The position numbers were made by a program, and so were the translations under genes. Shown here in pieces: positions 18,803-28,419 of a stretch of DNA of 64,000 nucleotides. A model generated the notes under the pieces. That model was not told where the DNA came from, did not search any database, and was given only the letters and a program-made list of their open reading frames with translations. Positions within the stretch are counted from its first letter, which is position 1. The number at the start of each line of letters is the position of its first letter. This stretch comes from an uncultured Pirellulales bacterium. Its GTDB lineage: Bacteria; Planctomycetota; Phycisphaerae; Sedimentisphaerales; Anaerobacaceae. The stretch lies in the NCBI GenBank assembly GCA_964581905.1, contig CAZOQJ010000001.1:21653-85652 (forward strand), read 5' to 3'.

Positions 18803-21800
18803 TTGAGAGACATCCCTGTCATTTTGATATGCTACAACCGGCCTTGGCACACTGCTCAGGTGCTCAAAGCTTTGCTGGAACACGGTATTCAGAACCTTTA
18901 TATCTTTTCAGATGCACCCAAAAGCTCAAGGGATGTTGAGGGTGTTTTAAAAACTCGCGAGCTCTTTAAGGCCATCCGATGGACTAAGCCGAAGATTATA
19001 GAACGCAATGAAAATTATGGTCTTGCGCGTAGTATTGTCAGCGCCGTAAATCATGTATTTGAGGGACATGATAGGTTAGTTCTGCTTGAAGATGATTGTG
19101 TGCCCCGAAAGCACTTTTTCGATTTTATGAAAGAGTGTCTTGAGCGATACGAGAACCATGACAGGGTTTTTGGTATTAACGGCTATACAGTCCCTATCGC
19201 TGAGGATTTGTTGTCGGATTATCCCTTTGATATATATTTTTATCCACGAATAGGCAGTTGGGGCTGGGCTACATGGAAGAGTGCCTGGATGCATTATGAG
19301 CCTGATTTAAGGAAAGTCTGCGAACAGATTAAAGTCAATGATATCGATATTAATCAAGGTGGAACTGATATCCCCCAAAACGTACAAAAGCTGATAAATG
19401 GTGAAATTAAGGATGTTTGGACTTTAAATTGGGTTTTATCAGTTTACTTAAATAAAGGCTATTACATATATCCTACATTTTCACAAATTCGCAATATTGG
19501 ATTTGACGGGACAGGGTTACACTGTGGTGAAACTCATAAGTTTGATAATTTCTGTGTTGATTATAAGCCTAGGAGATTTCCCGATGATATTATCATAAAT
19601 GAAGGTTTGATTAACAACTACAATGATTATTTTGGCAACCCAAACAAAAAGCCCGAAGTTGTTTCGAGGCAAACGATTCAACACAACTTTATAGCTGAAC
19701 CTCACGGCACAAAGCATAATTGCAGCACTGCGAATGCCGGCAAATTATCAATTGTTCATATCAACACCCACGACCAGGCAGGTGGTGCTGCCAAGGTTGC
19801 CTGGCGTCTGGCTGAGGCCCAGCGTAACGCCGGGTGCGATTCAATTATGCTTGTGGGAGAAAAAAGGAGTGATTCAAAATACTCTTTTGCCTTTCCTGTC
19901 GAGGCCGATAGGTCTCTACGCATCCAATGTAGACAGCAAGGCCAACTTTATTATGAATTTCAGGGAAGTCACAAGTTAGTGAATAATCAACATGTTCTCT
20001 CCGCCGATATTTTGCATCTACATAATTTGCACGGTGACTTTTTTAATCCTTCTTCTCTTTCATCCCTATCGCATCTAAAGCCAACAGTATGGACTCTGCA
20101 TGACCAGCAGCCAACTACAGGACACTGCGCATATTCATTAGATTGCCAGAGGTGGGAAGATGGTTGCGGCCAGTGCCCTATGTTGTCGCTTTATCCTGAT
20201 ATACTGATTGATACAAGCGCTCAGCTCTATCGCGACAAAAAATTGATTTATGATAATTCATATCTCAACATAGTCGTACCTTCACAATGGTTGAAAGACA
20301 ATGTCCAGCGAAGTATTTTGCGTAACCACCCGGTGGAGCTGATTTACAATGGTATTGATACGAATATTTTCAGACCTTACAACAAAATAGAGGCGAGGAA
20401 AAAACTTGGTATACCGACGGATGTTTTGGTAATCGGTGCTGTCGCCCATGGTGGCGCACTGGAAAACCCCTGGAAAGGAGGAAATTATACCAGGGCGGTA
20501 TTTGATGCTTTACAAACTAAGTTGCCGGACCATATTTTCGTCAATATCGGAGGCAATTCTAAACTCGATAGTTCCAGGATTATCAGTATACCTCATATTA
20601 ATGATGAGAGCGAGCTTGCTCAAGCTTATTCTATGCTTGATATATTCTTATACACTCCCGCGGCAGATAATTGTCCACTTGTTGTCCTTGAAGCATTATC
20701 CTGCGGTATTCCTATTGTGACTTTTGACACCGGTGGTGTACCAGAGTTGGTTCGCAATGGTTTAGATGGTTATGTATCTCCTTATAAGGATGTGCACGGA
20801 CTTGTGCAGGCATTGGAGAAATTGGCTGCTCAAACCCAGTTGCGAGCCGAATTCAGCCGGAATGCCCGTCAGGAAGCAATCGCGAAGTTCGACCATAAGA
20901 AAATTGCCCAGCAATACCAAGAACTGTACGAACGTTGTTTACAGCAGCGCAAAAGCGAAGCCAGAAAGGTAAAATTATTACCATTAGCCGCAGTGCCAAA
21001 AGTTATTCTAAATAGGGCATTTATCAAAGCGGAGAGTACAAAAAAAGTATTAGACTATGATGCTGAAAAAAAGCGGGAGGCTAAATGCCACGATAATTTC
21101 AAAGTATCCAGAGACAATGAGTTAGTCATCGCCACGAGTATATCCCCCAAAAATCTTGCCAAACAGGTAAAGGCAGTGGAAAGTTGGGTAAAGCTTGGAT
21201 TTGACGTCGTTTCAATAAATTGTGCCGAAGAAATCCAAAAGCTGCAGGGGGCATTTCCTGACGTTAAGTTTATCCAGGCAAAGCGGGATGCAAGAGAAAT
21301 GTTTGGCAAACCTTTTATATATTTTGACGATTTTTTGGAATATTTTCTACGGACCGACTCTGAGATTTGTGGGATTGTAAACTCGGATATCTTACTGATT
21401 GGAGATAAAGGTATCGTTTCTTTTATTAAAGAAGAAGCAGCCGATTCGCTTGTCTACGGACCAAGGATAAATGTTGATTCCTTAGAGCGGTTAGATGGTA
21501 AATTTTTCAATGAGGGATTTGACTTCTTTTTTTTCCCAAAAATTTTTGGTTCATTCTTCCAGAAATCCTGTTTTTGTGTAGGAATGCCCTGGTGGGATTA
21601 CTGGATGCCGTTGATTCTGATATTAGAAGGTATATCGGTGAAAAAACTTACTTCTCCATTTGCATATCATATTAAACACTCTTTCAGATGGAACGGAGAC
21701 CAAGGTAAGCTTTTAATAAATAAATGTTTTGAATATTTGCAGCCCAAGCTTAACGACAATTTCAACTCAAATCCTGATACTAATCAGTGGGCCTTTTTAG

Positions 21801-24800
21801 CTCGGATGCTCAAGGATTATCACGACCGTGATGTCAGAGAAAATAACAGGACAGAAAAAGATAGAATATCACCTGACGTTTTTTATTATTGTATTTTTGA
21901 CTTTTTAAAAATAAAGTCATCCGAGATTAGCTATGCCGGTAGCGAGCCGACAACGTCGCAAATTGACCAATCAAAAAAGAAAAAAGATATTTTTATCCAT
22001 AAAGATGCCTTGAAAGCACAGAATGCAGATTATCTGCACGCTGACTATGATGTCAGCATCGTAATTTGCACCAAGGATAGGGCCGAGCTGCTTGACCAGA
22101 TGTTTGCCAGCTTGGAAGAAGCAGCCAAATGCGTAGCTTACGAGGTAATTGTAATTGAAGGGGGTTCTACTGATAACACGCTTGATGTATTGCGCAAATA
22201 CAAAGTTACAAAAGTCTACAGCGAGTCGGAATGGCTTGGGCCAGGCAGACATTCCTGGCCACAGCTATATAACTTCGGTTTCTCAAAAGCTACTGGCAAA
22301 TGGGCAATGTATGCCAGCGATGATATTATCTTCAGCAAAGAAGCTATCTCGTGGGCCTTCCGAACGCTGAGCAGTCAAAGTGACAAAGTGGCGGGCGGTA
22401 TTTTCTTTTACAAAAATATTTATTGCTTCGAATCCGCACGGGAATGGGCCAGCTACGGAATCGATTTTACTCATGGCCAGAAGCTTTTGATGAACTATGG
22501 CTTGATTAGATTGGACTATTTCCACGAAGTTGGTGGGTTAGAAGAAGTTTATCAGTTTTATTGTGCTGACAGTGATTTATGCTACAAACTATACGAAAGA
22601 GGCAAGCAACTAATTCCTTTGCCGGCAAGTTTTATCGCACACAACAATGTGCTTGATGCCCAGAAGAAAGTAAATTACTCCACCAGCGGCAGAGATATCG
22701 AATTACTACGGCGGCGATGGAAGCATTTTGTTCCTATGGAAATTCCAGAGCCGAGACGTTTGGTCTGGCAGGAGGACCTTTTCGAGGCACTTAATTTGAT
22801 GAGTAATTTGGGAAAAGTTAATTATGGCATCGGGAGTTTTTGGCACGGCCTTGCGTATTTTCAACAGGAACTGTTCGAAAAGGCAAAGTCAAAATTTATT
22901 CAGGCTATTGAGTCGCACTGCGAACACTGGCTGGTTCACTGGCTTTTGGCCAAAGCGGCATATCAGTGTGGAGATAAAGCTCTGGCTGAAAAGATGGTTC
23001 TGCAGGTACTAAAGCAGGCACCGACTTTTGGCCCGGCAAAGGATTTTTTGAATCAACTGAGTGCCGAGGTAGGAGAAAGTGCCGAGCTGGTACAATGTCA
23101 GACAAAAAGCGAGAACCGATTATCACCTATAGAGATGAACACGAGAAAAGACATGGTTGGCCTTATATTCAGTAAAGACCGCGCTATGCAACTGCAAGCG
23201 GCTCTCGAATCCTTCTTTTTGCATTGTACCGATAGTGAGCAGATAAAATTATTTGTCCTGTACCAGGTTTCAAATCATTTACACCAGCGCCAATATAATA
23301 ACCTGAAAAAAGACTTTGGTAATATAACATTCATTAAAGAAACCAACTTTAAACAGCAGCTTTGCACTATTGTGGAAGGCTCTGAATATGTGTTATTTCT
23401 GGTTGATGATAATCTGTTTGTGAAAGATTTTTCTCTCGCCGATGTTGTCAAAAGTCTGCAGGGGAACAAGGACGCAATTGGTTTTTCGCTAAGGTTGGGC
23501 AAGAACACAGATTATTGTTACTCTCATGACAGCAAACAGAATTTACCTGTATTCCAGGGGATAGATAATGGGATATTGAAATATAACTGGACAGCCGGTG
23601 AGTATGATTTTGGTTATCCATTGGAGCTATCAAGTTCATTATACAGGACCAGCGACATTCTGATACTGCTGGATAAACTGGAATTCACCCATCCGAACAT
23701 CCTCGAAGATATGATGGCAGCTAATTCTCAGCTATATGCACAAACCAAAGACTTCCTGCTTTGTTATGAGAATTCTGTTGCATTCTGTAATCCGATAAAC
23801 AAAGTTCAGTCGGTTTGGAACAACCGCTCATGTACCGACGATAGATACTCAGCCGAAAGATTAGCTGAAATGTTTGAAGATGGAGTAAGAATAGATGTAG
23901 AAAAGTTCTCAGGTTTTGTCCCCAATTCTTGTCATCAGGAAGTACAAGTATATTTCAAGACAGAGGAAAGAGGACAGAAGGCGGCAGATAGAAGATGGAG
24001 CCCCGAGCGTGAGGTATCCCCGCCCAAATTCTCCATCGTCATGGCCAATTACAATAAGGAAAAATATATTGCCGAGGCCATAGAATCTGTGTTGAATCAA
24101 ACATTCACGGACTGGGAACTAATCATCATTGATGACTGTTCGACGGATGATTCTCTGAATGTAATCCAAAGATATCTTGATGATACTCGTATAAAACTAA
24201 TTCAGCACAAGAAAAATCGTGGTAAAACGGCTGCATTAAAGGCAGGTATCGCCAATGTGCGGTCAGAGTATTTTGGTATCTTGGACAGCGATGATTGCCT
24301 CCTGCCAAATGCGGTGGAAACTATGTATGCATATCATGAAAAGTTTCCCGATTGTGGGCTTGTATACTCGCAATTTGCGTATTGTCATCAGGACCTTACG
24401 CGAAGGTGCGTTGGCTTCTGTGATAAGATACCAGCAGGTAAGACAGCCCTTGATTTAAATGTCGTCAGTCATTTTCAAACCTTTAAGCTGTGTGATTACC
24501 TGAAGACCTCAGGTTACGATGAGAATATCTTATATGCCGAAGACATTGATATCGTCTACAAAGTGGAGGAAGTGACCAGCCTAAAATTTATGGATGAGTG
24601 TCTTTATCTGTACAGAGAGCTGCCTACCTCGATTTGTCATTCCAAGGATAAAATTAATGTTGCAATAATGTCGAGAGTAAAAGCGAGAATAAACGCTCTA
24701 AAAAGAAGATGCGATGTTTTAGCTGAGTCAGGCAATAAAAATTTTGAGGATTTATTTGCTCAGGCTGTTAAACAAGCGAGAACAATTCATAAAGATGTTG

Positions 24801-25891
24801 AGCAGTATTTTGTAATATTGGCAAAGCTATATGAAAATAATCTGTTATCGCCGGATTTGAACCTTCCTGTCGATATTGAAAGACGGGATGTTGAGGAAAG
24901 ATTATTATGGCTTGCAGCCAATGTAGACATAAAATTCGACAAGCTGTTTGAATTGCTTGCAGGTCAGGGAGAAACGGAAAAACAACCGCTGGTTACCGTA
25001 TATATAGTAGCGTATAATGCAGAAAAGTTTATCGCTCAGGCCATCGATTCCGTTTTATCGCAAGTCTATAAGAATTTCGAATTGTTGATTGTTGATGACG
25101 GTAGTACCGACAAAACTAAAGAGCTGGTGGCTTCTTACTCGGATGACAGGATTCACTATATTTATAAGGAGCATAAAAATTATGCTTCGGGGGTGAACAG
25201 AGTGATAGCTGAGGCAAAGGGTAAATACATTATGGTTGTCGATTCAGACGACTTTATTGCTCCCGACTACATTGAGAAAATAGTGGCTTTTGCTGAAAAG
25301 CACCCGCAGATAGATTACTTTTATCCTGCCCAGCTTACTCTTGTGAATGAATCCGGTGACCCGACAGGCCAGCAGTGGAGCTATATGGATTTTTCGGATA
25401 ACAGTGTTCTTCCGTCATTCCTGTTTAAAAATGGCTATGGACCGATTCCGAATCCGGGCAGTCTGAAAAGGAAGACTTTGTTTGACAAGGTCGGATTGTA
25501 TGATGAGGTTGATACTGTCGAGGACTTTGTATTTTTGTGCAAAAATGCCCTGAAGATAAATTTCAAAAGAGTTGATGAGCATTCGACTTATTTCTACAGA
25601 AGGCATCGGCAAAGCAATTCCCTAAAGTTTGAGGCAAGAAATCGGATTATGGCTGATGTGCTCAACGAGATGGTCTCGATTTATCCGGCTGAAGTGTTAT
25701 ATCCACAAGTCGTGGATATAAGTGACGCCGGTTTGAAAGAGCAGCAATACTATAAATATGTAGTGGAGACTTTTTGCAGGCATGCTAACGGCCCAATGGT
25801 CCAATTCGGGCAGTATTTTCAAAAGTATGCGGTTTATTATAAGTCGAAGCTGTTGAGAATTACCGGGCCAAAACAGTTGGTTCCAAAATGA
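18803..25891 (+). CDS. giant (2,362 aa) poly-glycosyltransferase with at least 7 GT-type modules plus TPR
   Basis: Single uninterrupted ORF. The TTG start is the only in-frame start after upstream stops, so its exact position is uncertain. Module motifs: GT-A with LLEDDCVP; GT-B/GT4 LSIVHINTHDQAGGAAKVA..EALSCGIPIVTFDTGGVPELV; three classic GT2 heads (VSIVICTKDRAELL, FSIVMANYNKEKYIAEAIESVLNQTFTDWELIIIDDCSTDDS, VTVYIVAYNAEKFIAQAIDSVLSQVYKNFELLIVDDGSTDKT); two further GT-A-like segments. Confidence 0.85.
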   Translation: MRDIPVILICYNRPWHTAQVLKALLEHGIQNLYIFSDAPKSSRDVEGVLKTRELFKAIRWTKPKIIERNENYGLARSIVSAVNHVFEGHDRLVLLEDDCVPRKHFFDFMKECLERYENHDRVFGINGYTVPIAEDLLSDYPFDIYFYPRIGSWGWATWKSAWMHYEPDLRKVCEQIKVNDIDINQGGTDIPQNVQKLINGEIKDVWTLNWVLSVYLNKGYYIYPTFSQIRNIGFDGTGLHCGETHKFDNFCVDYKPRRFPDDIIINEGLINNYNDYFGNPNKKPEVVSRQTIQHNFIAEPHGTKHNCSTANAGKLSIVHINTHDQAGGAAKVAWRLAEAQRNAGCDSIMLVGEKRSDSKYSFAFPVEADRSLRIQCRQQGQLYYEFQGSHKLVNNQHVLSADILHLHNLHGDFFNPSSLSSLSHLKPTVWTLHDQQPTTGHCAYSLDCQRWEDGCGQCPMLSLYPDILIDTSAQLYRDKKLIYDNSYLNIVVPSQWLKDNVQRSILRNHPVELIYNGIDTNIFRPYNKIEARKKLGIPTDVLVIGAVAHGGALENPWKGGNYTRAVFDALQTKLPDHIFVNIGGNSKLDSSRIISIPHINDESELAQAYSMLDIFLYTPAADNCPLVVLEALSCGIPIVTFDTGGVPELVRNGLDGYVSPYKDVHGLVQALEKLAAQTQLRAEFSRNARQEAIAKFDHKKIAQQYQELYERCLQQRKSEARKVKLLPLAAVPKVILNRAFIKAESTKKVLDYDAEKKREAKCHDNFKVSRDNELVIATSISPKNLAKQVKAVESWVKLGFDVVSINCAEEIQKLQGAFPDVKFIQAKRDAREMFGKPFIYFDDFLEYFLRTDSEICGIVNSDILLIGDKGIVSFIKEEAADSLVYGPRINVDSLERLDGKFFNEGFDFFFFPKIFGSFFQKSCFCVGMPWWDYWMPLILILEGISVKKLTSPFAYHIKHSFRWNGDQGKLLINKCFEYLQPKLNDNFNSNPDTNQWAFLARMLKDYHDRDVRENNRTEKDRISPDVFYYCIFDFLKIKSSEISYAGSEPTTSQIDQSKKKKDIFIHKDALKAQNADYLHADYDVSIVICTKDRAELLDQMFASLEEAAKCVAYEVIVIEGGSTDNTLDVLRKYKVTKVYSESEWLGPGRHSWPQLYNFGFSKATGKWAMYASDDIIFSKEAISWAFRTLSSQSDKVAGGIFFYKNIYCFESAREWASYGIDFTHGQKLLMNYGLIRLDYFHEVGGLEEVYQFYCADSDLCYKLYERGKQLIPLPASFIAHNNVLDAQKKVNYSTSGRDIELLRRRWKHFVPMEIPEPRRLVWQEDLFEALNLMSNLGKVNYGIGSFWHGLAYFQQELFEKAKSKFIQAIESHCEHWLVHWLLAKAAYQCGDKALAEKMVLQVLKQAPTFGPAKDFLNQLSAEVGESAELVQCQTKSENRLSPIEMNTRKDMVGLIFSKDRAMQLQAALESFFLHCTDSEQIKLFVLYQVSNHLHQRQYNNLKKDFGNITFIKETNFKQQLCTIVEGSEYVLFLVDDNLFVKDFSLADVVKSLQGNKDAIGFSLRLGKNTDYCYSHDSKQNLPVFQGIDNGILKYNWTAGEYDFGYPLELSSSLYRTSDILILLDKLEFTHPNILEDMMAANSQLYAQTKDFLLCYENSVAFCNPINKVQSVWNNRSCTDDRYSAERLAEMFEDGVRIDVEKFSGFVPNSCHQEVQVYFKTEERGQKAADRRWSPEREVSPPKFSIVMANYNKEKYIAEAIESVLNQTFTDWELIIIDDCSTDDSLNVIQRYLDDTRIKLIQHKKNRGKTAALKAGIANVRSEYFGILDSDDCLLPNAVETMYAYHEKFPDCGLVYSQFAYCHQDLTRRCVGFCDKIPAGKTALDLNVVSHFQTFKLCDYLKTSGYDENILYAEDIDIVYKVEEVTSLKFMDECLYLYRELPTSICHSKDKINVAIMSRVKARINALKRRCDVLAESGNKNFEDLFAQAVKQARTIHKDVEQYFVILAKLYENNLLSPDLNLPVDIERRDVEERLLWLAANVDIKFDKLFELLAGQGETEKQPLVTVYIVAYNAEKFIAQAIDSVLSQVYKNFELLIVDDGSTDKTKELVASYSDDRIHYIYKEHKNYASGVNRVIAEAKGKYIMVVDSDDFIAPDYIEKIVAFAEKHPQIDYFYPAQLTLVNESGDPTGQQWSYMDFSDNSVLPSFLFKNGYGPIPNPGSLKRKTLFDKVGLYDEVDTVEDFVFLCKNALKINFKRVDEHSTYFYRRHRQSNSLKFEARNRIMADVLNEMVSIYPAEVLYPQVVDISDAGLKEQQYYKYVVETFCRHANGPMVQFGQYFQKYAVYYKSKLLRITGPKQLVPK

Positions 25892-25923
25892 AAAAATGCG
25901 CTAAGTGAAAAGATAATATGTAG

Positions 25924-25950
25924 TTAAGTAAATGGATTTTTATACGATAA
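25924..25950 (+). promoter_or_regulatory. sigma-28 (FliA)-type promoter candidate for fliD
   Basis: TTAAGT-N15-CGATAA has the same spacing as the enterobacterial consensus TAAAGTTT-N11-GCCGATAA. About 80 nt upstream of fliD. The same motif and spacing recur upstream of flagellin. Confidence 0.55.
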
Positions 25951-26029
25951 TAATCTTTAGGACGAGACACTTGTAGTAGGCATAGGGAGGCCGCAGAAGC
26001 TCGGGATTTAAAAAGAAAGGTGGACAAAA

Positions 26030-28402
26030 ATGTCGACTATACGTCTTCCAGGCCTGCAGACAGGCATTGATACAAATGCGCTTATTGAACAATTGATGGC
26101 TATTGAACGCCGTACGCTCAACGTCTGGGAAAACCGCAAAGCGGTTTGGCAGGAGAGACAGGAAGCCCTTAGCACCTTGGAATCCAAGTTGCGGAATCTG
26201 CGAACCTCCGTTCGAGCACTTTCAGATGCCGATGAGCTCCGCGCCTTTAATGTCTCTACAAGTGACGAGGAAATAATAACGGCTGAAGCGACAAATAATG
26301 CCTTTGAAGGAAATCACACAGTTGTAATCAACCAGTTGGCCAATGCTGAGCGATGGGTTCATAGGACCGGCCATAAATATGCCGAAGACTATGTTGGAAC
26401 TGGCACTTTTGTCTATTCGTATAATTATAAAGAAACAAGTATAACAACCACTGCAACTACGACGCTACAGGATCTGGTCGGTCTAATTAATAACGATGCA
26501 AATAATCCCGGTGTTACTGCCGGTCTCTTACACTATGACGATGCCTACCATCTGGTTCTTAATGGTGAGGATGCAGGCACAGATTATCAAATTCACGTCA
26601 ATACAGGCAGTACCGAGGTCTGGAAAAGTGGCTCGGCCTTTACTTATGATAATGACAACGCTTTGTTGAGCACAAAAATTAAAGACCTCGACCAGTTCAG
26701 CGGGACTCTCAGCGACTCAGATGAATATGAAGAATATATTGAAATAAAAAATTGTACAGACCATTTTGGTGTTTCAACAGCTCAGGTGGACTTTTATGTT
26801 AATGAAAATACAACACTTGGCCATCTTATTTCAGAGATTAACGATGCTTTTGATGGAAGGGCAAAAGCAGTTTTCGAAAATGGCAAGATTGTTTTAACAG
26901 ATAGTGTCGGTGGCGAAAGCAGTCTTTGGATCGAATTAGGGTGGAATGACGATGGCGGGGGCACATTGCTGGACGGGCTTGCTATGAGTGTTACAACCGA
27001 GGGCAACGCAACAGAAGCGAGTCTGTCCGGTTACACAGCATCGGCCTTTACTAAAAGCCAGACCGCCCAGGATTCAAAAATCAAGGTCGATGGTTTTCCC
27101 GATACGTCAGCGACTTCGGAAGTTCAAACGGTATCATTGAGCGGTGGTCCCGACGGCGGCTCATTTACACTCACTTACCGAGGTGAAACAACATCAGATA
27201 TTGCTTACAATGCAACTGCCGAAGAAATTAAGACCGCACTTGAGCTACTCTCAACCGTCAATTCAGGTGATATAACGGTTTCTGGCTCTATCGATGATGG
27301 TACAACTTTTACATTTGCGAATTCATTAGGTAACGTTGACCTGCTTATGATTAACTCTTCACTAACAAACGGGGGAAGTCCGTTAACAGCCAGTATTTCT
27401 GAAACAACGCCGGGTAGTGACAGTTACATCAGCAGAAGCTCTAATACGGTTGACGATGTGATTAGCGGTGTCACGCTGCATCTGCACGATACTACCAGTG
27501 CCAATGGCGAAGATATAACTCTTACCAGAGATGTACAATCGGTCAAAGATAAACTTGATGCAATGGTCATCGCCTACAATGCTGCTATCAGCCATATTAA
27601 AGAAACGACCGGCTATAATGAGATTACACAGGTCGGCGGTATCTTGATGGGGGATTATGTTGTTTCGACCATCCAATACCAGTTCCGTGGACCGCTTATC
27701 GAGCAGGCAGCCGGTTTTTTAGAGGATGTCGATTCGTTCTTGACCCCCCTCAACATCGGCCTTGAATTCGACAAGGACGGCATACTAAGTCTGGACACAA
27801 ACGATTTTGATGAAGCAATAGCCGAAGATTATAGGGGTGTTCTTGCTTTAATAGGCGCCGACAAGACAGGCAGCAGCACCAGCGATACCATCGAGTTCTA
27901 CAGTGCCAGTACAAATTATACAACAGGGGGTGAATATAACGTACAGGTGACAGTAAGCGGTGGGGTCATCACAAGTTCCCAAATAAAACTTTCAACCGAA
28001 TCGACATATCGTGATATGACAATTAGCAGTAATATTATTACCGGCAATAGCAGCTTTGACGATAACGGCGACCCAGTGTATGCTGAGGACGGTCTTCAGC
28101 TAAGCGTCGACTTGACTACGGATGGCGATTATACCGCTACGGTTTACGTCAAGCAGGGTTTTGCAGGTAAAATAGAGGATAAAATCGATAGAATGCTAAA
28201 GGCAACCGTAGGTTCTATCATAGTTGACCAGGACCATGTCGAAGACCAGATAGAACTGCTCCAGGACAAAATTGAGGATGAAGAATACCGTCTTGAGCAA
28301 AGAGAGAAAAGATTGGTACTTCGCTTTGCCCGCCTCGAAAAAGCATTGACCTTAATACAAAACCAGATGGCCGCTGCAAGCATAATAGCTATATCGTCAT
28401 AA
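26030..28402 (+). CDS. fliD: flagellar filament cap protein FliD (enlarged, 790 aa)
   Basis: N-terminus TGIDTNALIEQLMAIERRTLN and C-terminal coiled coil LEQREKRLVLRFARLEKALTLIQNQ are typical of FliD. It has a long central Thr/Ser/Gly-rich insertion. Confidence 0.9.
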   Translation: MSTIRLPGLQTGIDTNALIEQLMAIERRTLNVWENRKAVWQERQEALSTLESKLRNLRTSVRALSDADELRAFNVSTSDEEIITAEATNNAFEGNHTVVINQLANAERWVHRTGHKYAEDYVGTGTFVYSYNYKETSITTTATTTLQDLVGLINNDANNPGVTAGLLHYDDAYHLVLNGEDAGTDYQIHVNTGSTEVWKSGSAFTYDNDNALLSTKIKDLDQFSGTLSDSDEYEEYIEIKNCTDHFGVSTAQVDFYVNENTTLGHLISEINDAFDGRAKAVFENGKIVLTDSVGGESSLWIELGWNDDGGGTLLDGLAMSVTTEGNATEASLSGYTASAFTKSQTAQDSKIKVDGFPDTSATSEVQTVSLSGGPDGGSFTLTYRGETTSDIAYNATAEEIKTALELLSTVNSGDITVSGSIDDGTTFTFANSLGNVDLLMINSSLTNGGSPLTASISETTPGSDSYISRSSNTVDDVISGVTLHLHDTTSANGEDITLTRDVQSVKDKLDAMVIAYNAAISHIKETTGYNEITQVGGILMGDYVVSTIQYQFRGPLIEQAAGFLEDVDSFLTPLNIGLEFDKDGILSLDTNDFDEAIAEDYRGVLALIGADKTGSSTSDTIEFYSASTNYTTGGEYNVQVTVSGGVITSSQIKLSTESTYRDMTISSNIITGNSSFDDNGDPVYAEDGLQLSVDLTTDGDYTATVYVKQGFAGKIEDKIDRMLKATVGSIIVDQDHVEDQIELLQDKIEDEEYRLEQREKRLVLRFARLEKALTLIQNQMAAASIIAISS

Positions 28403-28419
28403 ATCTTTCATCAAGCTTT

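Noticed and set aside
22841-22854. TGGCAC-GGCC-TTGC inside the giant GT gene
   Set aside because: The spacer is 4 nt instead of 5, so GG and GC are out of register for sigma-54. It is also located deep inside a coding region.
8119-25891. Glycosylation island as a bona fide mobile genomic island
   Set aside because: No integrase, transposase, tRNA attachment site or flanking direct repeats could be found. Only compositional impression and gene-decay scars support foreign origin, so it is not called a mobile element.
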